Of a stretch of DNA of 14,140 nt, positions 1-7,397 are shown in pieces (position 1 is the first letter of the stretch; each line of letters starts with the position of its first letter). The stretch comes from an uncultured archaeon (GTDB lineage Archaea; Iainarchaeota; Iainarchaeia; Iainarchaeales; 0-14-0-20-30-16): assembly GCA_964595665.1 (NCBI GenBank), contig CAZQQS010000014.1, positions 1-14,140 of the forward strand. The letters run 5' to 3'. A program made the translations under genes and the position numbers. Below the pieces are notes generated by a model. It worked only from the letters and a program-made list of their open reading frames with translations, had not been told where the DNA came from and ran no database searches.

Positions 1-1
1 A

Positions 2-421
2 GTAGAAGGGCCTATGGCAGGCGGCCATCTTGGATTTACAAATGAGCAAATTAATTCAGAAACTTTTTTAACAAAATCTAAAGCATTATTGGAAAATTCA
101 ATTTTTGTAGACCCAGAAGTTGGAGGTAATGAATTAAATATAAATGATTTTTTAATTAATTGGAAAAATACTTATGGTTCAGATATAGAATATCTGCCAT
201 TAATATATCACTTGACAGCTTACGATTCTGTTTATATAATTAAGGATGCTTTAGAATATTGTGATGAAAATTCTATTTGTATTAGAGATTTTTTATATAA
301 TTTAAAAAATTGGGATGGTTTATCAGGCAAGATTACAATGGATAAACACGGGGATGTTGTTTGGAATAATTATAATGTTAGAATTATAAAAGATGGAAGG
401 GCGGAAATATTTATTAAGTGA
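2..421 (+). CDS. Extracellular solute-binding protein, type-1 periplasmic-binding-protein fold (Leu/Ile/Val-binding-like), C-terminal fragment; the 5' end lies outside the window
   Basis: The frame is open from the window edge (no stop upstream of Met at 14) to TGA 419-421. YDSVYIIKDALEY and WDGLSGKITMDKHGDVV resemble the C-terminal lobe of LivJ/LivK-type binding proteins, which carry a G-x-[ST]-G-x-[IV]-x-[FM]-D-x-x-G-D block. The family call rests on by-eye motif recognition only. Confidence 0.5.
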   Translation, partial: VEGPMAGGHLGFTNEQINSETFLTKSKALLENSIFVDPEVGGNELNINDFLINWKNTYGSDIEYLPLIYHLTAYDSVYIIKDALEYCDENSICIRDFLYNLKNWDGLSGKITMDKHGDVVWNNYNVRIIKDGRAEIFIK

Positions 422-426
422 TAATT

Positions 427-1464
427 ATGAATTCAGAGACAAAATATAAACTAATTACAAGAAATTTGCAAGAAGTAATGGATGAAAAACAATTAAAAGA
501 AATATTAAACAAAAGAGATTTATCTTTGTATTGGGGAACTGCACCAACTGGACGAATACATATTGGATATTTAATTCCTTTTACAAAATTAGCTGATTTT
601 TTGGAAGCGGGTTGTGAGGTTAAAATATTGTTAGCAGATTTGCACGCATTTTTAGATTCACAAAAAACTCCTTGGGAATTATTAGAAGCTCGAACTTTAT
701 ATTATGAACAAATAATTAAAGAAACTTTGAAAGCTTTATACGTTGATATTAGTAAATTAAAGTTTATTAAAGGAACTGATTATCAATTAACTAAAGAATT
801 TAATTTAGATGTTTATAGATTAGCAAGTATTACAACAGTAAACGAAGGAATTAAAGCTGGAGCTGATGTTGTTAAACAAAGTGAGAATCCTCGATTAGCA
901 CCAGTATTTTATCCTTTATTACAAGCATTAGATGAAGAATACTTGAAAGTTGATGCTCAATTTGGAGGCAACGATCAAAGAAAGATATTTGTTTTAGCTC
1001 ATGAATATTTACCTAAATTAGGTTATAAAAGAAGAATTCATTTAATGAATCCTATGTTGCCTGGATTACAAGGTTCTAAAATGAGTGCATCAGATCCAAA
1101 TTCAAAAATAGATTTATTAGATTCTCAAGAGCAAATAAAAAAGAAATTAAATGGCGCTCATTGTGTTGAAGGTATAGTTGAAGATAATGGTGTTTTAATA
1201 TTTACAAAATACGCTTTATTCCCATATTTAGAAAGAGTAAATAAAACTTTTGATATTGAAAGGCCAGAGAAATTTGGGGGAAATTTAACAGTAAAAACAT
1301 ATGCTGAATTAGAGCAATTATTTGTTGAAAAGAAATTGCATCCTTTAGATTTAAAGTTAACAGTTGCCAAATATTTAACACAAATATTAGAGCCAGTAAG
1401 AAAAGCTTTTGAATCTTCAGAATACAAAGCAAATTTAGACAAAGCATATTCTAATGAAAAGTAA
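427..1464 (+). CDS. tyrS: Tyrosyl-tRNA synthetase, archaeal/eukaryotic type
   Basis: Class I signatures are present: HIGH variant H-I-G-Y (559-570) and KMSKS variant K-M-S-A-S (1078-1092). GGNDQRKIF and the C-terminal RPEKFGGNLTV...LHPLDLK...ILEPVRK follow the pattern of archaeal TyrRS (M. jannaschii enzyme, recalled from memory). I place the start at ATG 427 (SD-like GTGAT 418-422, 4-nt spacer) rather than the track's GTG 418. Confidence 0.95.
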   Translation: MNSETKYKLITRNLQEVMDEKQLKEILNKRDLSLYWGTAPTGRIHIGYLIPFTKLADFLEAGCEVKILLADLHAFLDSQKTPWELLEARTLYYEQIIKETLKALYVDISKLKFIKGTDYQLTKEFNLDVYRLASITTVNEGIKAGADVVKQSENPRLAPVFYPLLQALDEEYLKVDAQFGGNDQRKIFVLAHEYLPKLGYKRRIHLMNPMLPGLQGSKMSASDPNSKIDLLDSQEQIKKKLNGAHCVEGIVEDNGVLIFTKYALFPYLERVNKTFDIERPEKFGGNLTVKTYAELEQLFVEKKLHPLDLKLTVAKYLTQILEPVRKAFESSEYKANLDKAYSNEK

Positions 1465-1474
1465 ATTAAAAATA

Positions 1475-1671
1475 TGCCAAGAAGGGGACTTGAACCCCCG
1501 ACCTCCAGATTTCTCATTGCAAGAAATCTATATTTTATAATCATCAACCAATGCTTTATGCATTGTACTACCTTGTGTAGTACGCGGCGTAGACTGACGC
1601 AACGGTCTCATCACTCATAAATTTTTTAATAATTATGAGTCTGGCGCTCTAACCAGCTGAGCTACCTTGGC
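1475..1671 (-). tRNA. tRNA with anticodon CAT (elongator Met, or CAU-type Ile2), intron-containing
   Basis: The reverse complement folds as a cloverleaf. Acceptor GCCAAGG/TCTTGGC (one G-U); D arm GCTC-AGCTGGTTA-GAGC; anticodon stem CCAGA/TCTGG with loop CT-CAT-AA; variable loop AGGTC; T arm GGGGG-TTCAAGT-CCCCT; discriminator A; no encoded CCA. Exons 1634-1671 and 1475-1510 give a 74-nt mature tRNA. The anticodon stem lacks the three G-C pairs typical of initiators. Met and Ile2 cannot be separated by eye. Confidence 0.9.
1511..1633 (-). other. 123-nt tRNA intron at canonical position 37/38 with bulge-helix-bulge splice motif
   Basis: Exon CTCA (anticodon loop) pairs with intron-3' TGAG to form the central 4-bp helix. 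It is flanked by 3-nt bulges TA|A (5' site) and AA|A (3' site), each cut after the second bulge nucleotide, as expected for the archaeal splicing endonuclease. The intron core is locally GC-rich and holds two perfect hairpins: GTACTAC-ACAAG-GTAGTAC (plus 1565-1583) and CAATGC-ATAAA-GCATTG (plus ~1548-1565). Confidence 0.8.
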
Positions 1672-1679
1672 ACTATATC

Positions 1680-1702
1680 CTTTTCTTTTTAAAAAAGAAA
1701 AG
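1680..1702 (-). promoter_or_regulatory. Putative TATA-box region of the tRNA gene, embedded in a perfect 11-bp-arm palindrome
   Basis: On the tRNA strand, TTTTTTAAAAA lies about 15-25 nt upstream of tRNA position +1. This fits an archaeal TATA box if a short 5' leader exists. The plus-strand sequence cttttcttttt-a-aaaaagaaaag is a perfect inverted repeat. Confidence 0.3.
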
Positions 1703-1770
1703 TCTAAAGTTTATCCCAAAGAAAATACGTATTAATCTTCGCTATGCTCGATAATACTTTTTTTATTTTC

Positions 1771-1807
1771 TAAAAGAAAACTGATACTTATACAATCTTA
1801 AATTGTA
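1771..1807 (-). terminator. Possible terminator of the Rtc-like gene (hairpin plus oligo-T)
   Basis: Just after the TAG stop (1812-1814), the minus strand reads TACAAT-TTAAG-ATTGTA (6-bp stem). This is followed by GTTTTCTTTT; oligo-T tracts are the usual archaeal termination signal. Confidence 0.25.
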
Positions 1808-1811
1808 TTTA

Positions 1812-2822
1812 CTATAAACTTTCTATTAATATATCTTTTTCTCTTTCTTCTTTATTGTATTTTAAATCAAATAAAGTTTCACAAATATAAAGACAATCTT
1901 CTAAATATGAATCTTTCTTTGGGCAAATTATTTTGAATTTTTTGTTGTGTAATACTAAAAATGGTATTAACATATTACTTGAATTTAAATCTAATGGTGT
2001 TTCTCTTGTATAAATACTAATTACTTTATCTGCTAATTCTTTTCCCAATTGTGTAGGTTGTTTTTTATGACTACTTACATTTGCGCCTAATATAGCGTTT
2101 TCATATATTAAGATTGCATCTGCACCATACCCTTTATGTTTTTCATTATTTTCTACAAATTCATTTTGGTATTCATTAATTAAAATTTCTTTTGGAGTTA
2201 AAGTATTTTTTATACCATCTAAAATATAATCATTTATATTTTCATTATGCCCATAAGAATGTACTTTAATAATACTTTGTAATAAATCTCCCTTTTCTAA
2301 TAAATCTAGATTATTTACTTTTGTGGTTTTTTTTGTATATAATATACTTTTTCCAACATCTTTGTTATATCCTCTTTTAGTTATTTCCAATCGAGCATGA
2401 ATATTTATTTTGCTTAACATAGGAATAATAATATTTTGAAAGTAATCAATACTTAATTTATTTTCATTATTTGTAGGGCCCATTAAACTTATTTTTTGAT
2501 CACTATCGTGATACAATAATAATAAGTAAGGTAACATAACTGTTAATTGTGCTGGGTATTTAAAGTTTATTTGATTTGCTTTTTTTATTATTTTTGGAAT
2601 AAATTCTACTTCTGTTGAACCCCTTGCAATTCCTTTAGTTTCTGCTTGTGAGATTTGTCCTAAAACTGTTAAATAGAACACATCTTCATCATTTAGGCCC
2701 TTATTTTCGTCATTTATTCGTATGTTTTCTACTTTAATAGACTCTTTTTTTAATATTGCTAATGTAATAGATAGCCTAGTAATAAAACCGGAGTGATTTT
2801 TATTTGCATCTATTATAAACAT
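1812..2822 (-). CDS. RNA 3'-terminal phosphate cyclase family protein (RtcA/Rcl1-like), divergent
   Basis: The 336-aa product is co-linear by eye with RtcA. IDxxxxxxG..ITRLSITLAIL...I.V.NIR......GL matches the N-terminal LDGxxGEGGGQILRxALxLS...IRAGRxxPGL. GSTEVEFIPK matches GSxxLxFxPG. MGPTN...IDYFQNIIIPMLSKINI...EITKRGY matches GGTD/N...DF/Y...P...G......RGFYP. The C-terminal L..NMLIPFLVL matches L.DQLVLPMAL. The glycine-rich motif and the catalytic His appear substituted (see findings). Confidence 0.7.
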   Translation of the reverse strand: MFIIDANKNHSGFITRLSITLAILKKESIKVENIRINDENKGLNDEDVFYLTVLGQISQAETKGIARGSTEVEFIPKIIKKANQINFKYPAQLTVMLPYLLLLYHDSDQKISLMGPTNNENKLSIDYFQNIIIPMLSKINIHARLEITKRGYNKDVGKSILYTKKTTKVNNLDLLEKGDLLQSIIKVHSYGHNENINDYILDGIKNTLTPKEILINEYQNEFVENNEKHKGYGADAILIYENAILGANVSSHKKQPTQLGKELADKVISIYTRETPLDLNSSNMLIPFLVLHNKKFKIICPKKDSYLEDCLYICETLFDLKYNKEEREKDILIESL

Positions 2823-2955
2823 ATTTTCGCCTTAAAATTATAAAAAGAATATAAAGTATATATTATTGAGACATTTCCTTTATAAAATTTGTGTTTTATT
2901 TTAGATTTGCATCTACATTTATATATATTTTGAGCTTTTTTAATATAGTGATGAT

Positions 2956-3975
2956 ATGAGTTTTTTAATTATAGGAAATAAATTGGAATCTTTAATCCTT
3001 TCTGATTATTTATATGAACATGGTTGGCCAGTAAATTTAATGTCTAAGCTTGGTTTTGAATATAGGGGCGATTATGAGTTAGCTAATCCAAAAGAATTGG
3101 AAAAGTTAGGTTTTGATTACAAACCTTATATTTTGACTGAAATTCATAAAATGAAGGTAATAGATTATTTTGGGAATATTTTAGAAAGAAATACACATAC
3201 AATATTATTAAATTTGTCTAAACCAAGCAATGATTTGTATATAAAATTAAAAAAAACCTCTAAAGTATATACTGATACCACATATATTGACAAAAATAAT
3301 GAAAACATATTTATTCAGCAAGGAGTTCATGGAACTTTATTAAAAGCAAAACACGTTTTTGCAGTAAATGATTTAAATTTAGCAAATAACTTAAAAACTA
3401 AAAAATGTATTAAAGCGAGTATAGAATTAAAAAATGAAATAGGATTATTAACTTTAAAATTTTTGGAAACAGGTTATTTATGGTATGTTAATTATTCCGC
3501 AAGAGTTTCTGAATTGTGTATTATATCTGATACACCAGAAAAAGATTTGGAAACATTTATTTTGGAAACTGGTGCAAAAATAATTTATAGAAAAGGAATT
3601 TTATTACCCTATTTTAAATCTGAAAGACCTTTAGAAAATAAAGGGGTTTATTTATCTGGAGATAGTGCTTTTATTAATAATAATTTAAATTTTTATAATT
3701 TTACTTTAAAAATAGATTTTATGCATTTAACCTGTAAGTTTGCACATGATTTAATGACTAAGAAAAATATAAGTTATGCTTTTTTTACAAGAGATTTTGA
3801 TAAATTATTAGACAAATACTCTAAGCAAGGAGATGTTTTTTGGAGTTTATCTAAAGAACAAAGAAATAAACTAATTGAAAAAATGTCTTTTAATAAGTTC
3901 GCATTAGATTTTAGTTCTGCATTTGAAAATAGTTCTATATTATCTTTGCCTAAAATAAAATTATTGTTTAGATGA
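2956..3975 (+). CDS. Geranylgeranyl-reductase-like (FAD-dependent oxidoreductase fold) protein with degenerate cofactor motifs
   Basis: Co-linear by eye with archaeal digeranylgeranylglycerophospholipid reductases. AKHVFAVNDLNL matches AxxVIGADG, GYLWYVNYS matches GYxWVFP, and GVYLSGDSAFINN matches GxxLVGDAAGxxxP. The N-terminal dinucleotide-binding GxGxxG is G-N-K-L-E-S here. SD-like GTGAT at 2948-2952 precedes ATG 2956. Confidence 0.5.
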   Translation: MSFLIIGNKLESLILSDYLYEHGWPVNLMSKLGFEYRGDYELANPKELEKLGFDYKPYILTEIHKMKVIDYFGNILERNTHTILLNLSKPSNDLYIKLKKTSKVYTDTTYIDKNNENIFIQQGVHGTLLKAKHVFAVNDLNLANNLKTKKCIKASIELKNEIGLLTLKFLETGYLWYVNYSARVSELCIISDTPEKDLETFILETGAKIIYRKGILLPYFKSERPLENKGVYLSGDSAFINNNLNFYNFTLKIDFMHLTCKFAHDLMTKKNISYAFFTRDFDKLLDKYSKQGDVFWSLSKEQRNKLIEKMSFNKFALDFSSAFENSSILSLPKIKLLFR

Positions 3976-3979
3976 TTAC

Positions 3980-5071
3980 ATGCCTGAAGTTAATTTAAAA
4001 TATAAATTTATTGATCAATTAAAGAAATTATCTTTATTTTCTAACTGGAAGTTTTTTTTATTTTTGCTTTTTGGAATAATTTTATTAATAATATTATTTT
4101 TAAAATTTGATTTTGGATTGTTATTTAATTCTTTTAAAACATTGGGCATTTTAGGATTAGGAATTATATTTCTAATATCTTTATTTGAACAATATTTGTT
4201 TTATATTAGATTTAAGATATTTTATAAGAAAAAGTATTCTTTAAAAGAATTTATTTATTATATTCCAACAAATTTTTCTAGCCAAGTTATTCCTCCACCA
4301 CCAGTAGGGTATTATGCTAGATTTTTGTTAACCAAATATTATTATAAAACATCAATTAAACAAAGTATTTTTTTAGTAATGATTGATAATTTTTTAGAAG
4401 CTGCATCATTTTTAGTTTTTGCAATATTTGGATTAATATTCTTCCCAGAAACAGATTTGGGTTTAGGAATATTATTAGTATCTTTGTTTGTAATTGGAAT
4501 ATTGTATTATGTATTTAATTATTACGAAACTAAAAAAGAAATAATAAAATCTAGTGTTTTCAAGAAGATAATTAATTATTTATCAAAAATAAAATCTAAG
4601 TTTTTAGTATCTATCTATAAAGATATTAAGAAAAATAAGTTGAGGATATTTTTAGCTTTTTTATTGTCTTTATTTAAATTTATAATAAATATTTTGAAAG
4701 TTTATGTTTTATTTTATTTGTTGGGTAATCCCTTAAGTATTATTGCTGTATTTGGGTTAGTTTCAATATATTTATTTATTAGTGCAACTTCTTCTTTACC
4801 AGGAGGTATAGGTGTAGCAGAATTATCGTTTGTATTATTAGCTTCGAGTTTAGGTGTAGATGAGAATTTAGCTTTATTAATTGCGTTATTAGAGAGATTT
4901 TTTTCAGTTTGGTTGTGGGTATTATTGGGTGCAATAATAGTAGTTTATGAAAAAGCAAATATTGCTAAAGTTCATAGAAAGTTTTTAACGTTTTTGGCCA
5001 ACACTTATGAAAATATTAAATTAAATAAATCTAAAAAGAAGATGAAATTATTTAATAATAAAAATAAGTGA
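3980..5071 (+). CDS. Polytopic membrane protein, UPF0104 / lysyl-phosphatidylglycerol-synthase TM-region (flippase-like) family
   Basis: About 8 hydrophobic segments. The motif SSLPGGIGVAELSF (P-G-G-I-G-V-A-E at 4799-4822) matches the conserved PGG[LI]G..E signature of the MprF-TM/UPF0104 family. It starts 4 nt after the upstream stop. Confidence 0.6.
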   Translation: MPEVNLKYKFIDQLKKLSLFSNWKFFLFLLFGIILLIILFLKFDFGLLFNSFKTLGILGLGIIFLISLFEQYLFYIRFKIFYKKKYSLKEFIYYIPTNFSSQVIPPPPVGYYARFLLTKYYYKTSIKQSIFLVMIDNFLEAASFLVFAIFGLIFFPETDLGLGILLVSLFVIGILYYVFNYYETKKEIIKSSVFKKIINYLSKIKSKFLVSIYKDIKKNKLRIFLAFLLSLFKFIINILKVYVLFYLLGNPLSIIAVFGLVSIYLFISATSSLPGGIGVAELSFVLLASSLGVDENLALLIALLERFFSVWLWVLLGAIIVVYEKANIAKVHRKFLTFLANTYENIKLNKSKKKMKLFNNKNK

Positions 5072-5076
5072 TGTTT

Positions 5077-6348
5077 ATGAAATCTTTTTCAATAAAAACT
5101 TATGGTTGTTCATCAAATATTGCGGATAGTGAATTTATTAAAAATATTTTGATCGAATCAAACTATAAATTTATTGAGAAAAATGCTGATTTTTTTATAG
5201 TAAATAGTTGTTCTGTTAAAGGCCCTACAGTAAATAAAATAAAAGATTTTATTAAAACATTAAAACAAAAAAAACAAAATATAATTATTATGGGTTGTTT
5301 ACCAAGTGATAAAAAAACATTAGATTATTTAAAAGATTATTCTATAATTAGCCCTTATAATATAGATTTAATTGATAAGGCATTTGAAGAAATAATTAGA
5401 TCTCAAAAACCAATTAAATATTTGGATTTAAAGTATTTGGATAAAACCCTTTTAGAATCTAATATAAAAAATATTGCAATTGTGCAACCATTAATTGGAT
5501 GTTTGGGAAATTGTTATTTTTGTAAAACAAAATTAGCTAAGCCTTTATTTAATAGTTATCCTTTGGAGAACATTTTAAATAGAATTGATAAAAATATTAA
5601 ACAAGGCGCAAAAGAAATTTGGATTAGTTCAGAAGATAATGCTGCTTATGGTTATGATATTGGAAAAAATTATATGGATTTATTAAATTCTATAGAAGAA
5701 AGATTTAAAGGAAAAGCAATGTTTAGGTTTGGGATGAGTAATCCTTGGCTTTTAAGAAAACATGAAAAAGAATTAATTAAATTTTTTAAAGAAACAAAAT
5801 CATTTTACAAATTTTTACATATTCCTATACAAAGTGCATCTTCAAAAGTTTTAAAAAATATGAATAGACCTTATACTGAAAAACAATTAGAAAGTTTTTT
5901 TACAAAGATTAGAAAAGAATTTAAAGAAAACGAATTAAATTTAACAACCGATATTATAGTTGGATATCCAACTGAAACAAAAGAAGATTATTTAAAAACA
6001 AAAAGATTTATTAAAAAATATAAGTTTTTAGTAGCAAATGTTTCTCAAATTTGGCCAATGCCATTTACTAAGACTATTGAGATGAAACAATTACCAACAG
6101 AAATTAAGAAAGAAAGAAGTAGAGACTTATCTGAATTTGTAAGAGCGTTATCCAAATCTTATTTAAAAAATTATGTTGGCAAAACTTTAGAAATTTATTT
6201 TAATGATTTAGATAACGAGGGAAACATCTTGGGAAGAACAAAGAATTATGTTTCTGTGATTATGAAAAAACCTAAAAATAATCCTGAATTAGGTAAATGG
6301 AGTAAACATAAGATTACAGCTATTGAAAATTTTCATTTATTAGTTTAG
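5077..6348 (+). CDS. mtaB: Radical-SAM methylthiotransferase, MiaB/RimO/MtaB family (archaeal/eukaryotic CDKAL1-like t6A37 methylthiotransferase most likely)
   Basis: N-terminal UPF0004 domain: IKTYGCSSNIADSE...VNSC...GC. Radical-SAM C-x3-C-x2-C: C-LGN-C-YF-C at 5500-5523. HIPIQSAS...L..MNRPYT block and a C-terminal TRAM-like segment (GKTLEIYFND...GRTKNYV) are present. Start candidates are GTG 5068, ATG 5071 and ATG 5077. I chose 5077 because GTGAT 5068-5072 sits 4 nt upstream. Confidence 0.85.
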   Translation: MKSFSIKTYGCSSNIADSEFIKNILIESNYKFIEKNADFFIVNSCSVKGPTVNKIKDFIKTLKQKKQNIIIMGCLPSDKKTLDYLKDYSIISPYNIDLIDKAFEEIIRSQKPIKYLDLKYLDKTLLESNIKNIAIVQPLIGCLGNCYFCKTKLAKPLFNSYPLENILNRIDKNIKQGAKEIWISSEDNAAYGYDIGKNYMDLLNSIEERFKGKAMFRFGMSNPWLLRKHEKELIKFFKETKSFYKFLHIPIQSASSKVLKNMNRPYTEKQLESFFTKIRKEFKENELNLTTDIIVGYPTETKEDYLKTKRFIKKYKFLVANVSQIWPMPFTKTIEMKQLPTEIKKERSRDLSEFVRALSKSYLKNYVGKTLEIYFNDLDNEGNILGRTKNYVSVIMKKPKNNPELGKWSKHKITAIENFHLLV

Positions 6349-6375
6349 CTATTATTGAGAATATAAAAAGATATA

Positions 6376-6410
6376 TTTATATATATTTAAACAGTACTAA
6401 TTTAGAGGTG
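6376..6410 (+). promoter_or_regulatory. Putative promoter (TATA-like TTTATATA 6376-6383) and Shine-Dalgarno (AGAGGTG 6404-6410) of the surface-protein operon
   Basis: The 68-nt spacer after mtaB holds an alternating AT tract with TTTATATA preceded by an A-rich stretch (BRE-like). It also holds the best match in the window to the anti-SD complement GGAGGTG, 6 nt before ATG 6417. Confidence 0.35.
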
Positions 6411-6416
6411 TAAGCT

Positions 6417-7388
6417 ATGTTTAATGGTAAAAGTAATGTTATTTTAATATTTGTATTTATTTTTATATTTTTATTTAGTGGATTAAATTTTATTTCTAGT
6501 GAAGATACTTTTGATGTTGGGGTAAGTGTTTCTAATGGAGTCCCTGAAATTCAAGATGTGAATGTTTGTGAAGTAGATACTTGTTCTAAATATATTGATG
6601 AAATAATTCCAGGTAATAGTACCTTTGTTTTACAAGTTCAAGGTTATGATCCTAATGGAATTATAGATATTAATTGGGATGCTACTGTAGTTCATATTTA
6701 TGCCGAAGGCTTATCTTTCGATAGTAATGTAGATTTTGATGGAAATTTAGATTATAGAAAATATTCTGTGAATACTAGTTTGACTGAAGAGTATAATGGT
6801 TTTATTTTTGAAGATGGCGAGGGTTGTACGAGTAGTTCAACTAGTGTTTCCGAGGTAAAATGTTTGAAATTTACGGAAGATATTTTTACTTATGGTTTTG
6901 CTTTAGGTGGTGCAAACATATATGTTCAAATATTTGATAATGCGGATGAAGATTCTGATTATGATTTGATGTTTTTAGAAGATGTAAATGGATTAAATAT
7001 AGGTTTGTCTTTAAGTTTTGCCATAGGTATTAGTGATGAACATGGAATAACTTATTCTGGTGCACCAGGAGATGAAAATGTAGAATTTTATAATGCTGAT
7101 AATACTAGCAATTATTTTGATATAACTAATGAAAGTAATACAAATATTGATTTGAATTTAAGCCATACAGATTTATTATATGATTTAAATAATAGTATAA
7201 CAATCGATAAAGAATATATTCACGGCAATAAAAAAGACCAAAATTTTGGTTTAGGTAGTTTATTCTTGCCTGTGAATTTAGGTATAGATGCAACTATGCA
7301 ATTAAAAACATATTTAGATATTCCAGTAGGTATACCTTCAGGAGCATATTCTGGTACTTTGGGTGTTGCTATAACTCAAAGAGAATAG
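6417..7388 (+). CDS. Secreted protein P1, unknown function; stand-alone copy of the domain found at the C-terminus of P4
   Basis: N-terminal signal-like segment (KSNVILIFVFIFIFLFSGLNFISS). No C-terminal anchor. Acidic, with many N-x-S/T sequons. Predicted beta-rich, ending ...LDIPVGIPSGAYSGTLGVAITQRE. Homologous by eye to P4 residues ~613-879, sharing the motifs PEI, EDGEGC, SG-x-PG-[DE]-EN and LD-[IM]-P...SG-x-YSGT. Confidence 0.8.
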   Translation: MFNGKSNVILIFVFIFIFLFSGLNFISSEDTFDVGVSVSNGVPEIQDVNVCEVDTCSKYIDEIIPGNSTFVLQVQGYDPNGIIDINWDATVVHIYAEGLSFDSNVDFDGNLDYRKYSVNTSLTEEYNGFIFEDGEGCTSSSTSVSEVKCLKFTEDIFTYGFALGGANIYVQIFDNADEDSDYDLMFLEDVNGLNIGLSLSFAIGISDEHGITYSGAPGDENVEFYNADNTSNYFDITNESNTNIDLNLSHTDLLYDLNNSITIDKEYIHGNKKDQNFGLGSLFLPVNLGIDATMQLKTYLDIPVGIPSGAYSGTLGVAITQRE

Positions 7389-7397
7389 TGAGTTAAC

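Noticed and set aside
1158-1547. Track ORFs 1158..1547(-) and 1202..1447(-). The first begins inside the tRNA intron, which raised the idea of an intron-encoded protein.
   Set aside because: Both run antisense through the strongly supported tyrS gene. The 129-aa frame also reads straight through the tRNA 3' exon. The sequences are low-complexity with no motifs. This is typical of spurious frames in AT-rich DNA.
1511-1633. C/D-box guide sRNA inside the tRNA intron (two UGAUGA motifs: GUGAUGA near the 5' end and UUGAUGA near the 3' end).
   Set aside because: There is no CUGA (D/D' box) anywhere on the RNA strand of the intron. The nearest 3' candidate is AUGA, which is already used in the BHB helix. 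The spacing does not fit the ~12-nt archaeal guide rule, and I found no guide-length complementarity to the tRNA. It stays only as a remark in the intron finding.
1680-1702. Perfect palindrome cttttcttttt/aaaaagaaaag read as a Rho-independent-style terminator hairpin for the Rtc-like gene.
   Set aside because: A pure A/T-plus-two-GC stem is very weak, and it sits 110 nt from the stop. A better hairpin/oligo-T candidate lies at 1771-1807. Its position relative to the tRNA fits a TATA element better. Any function is unproven either way.
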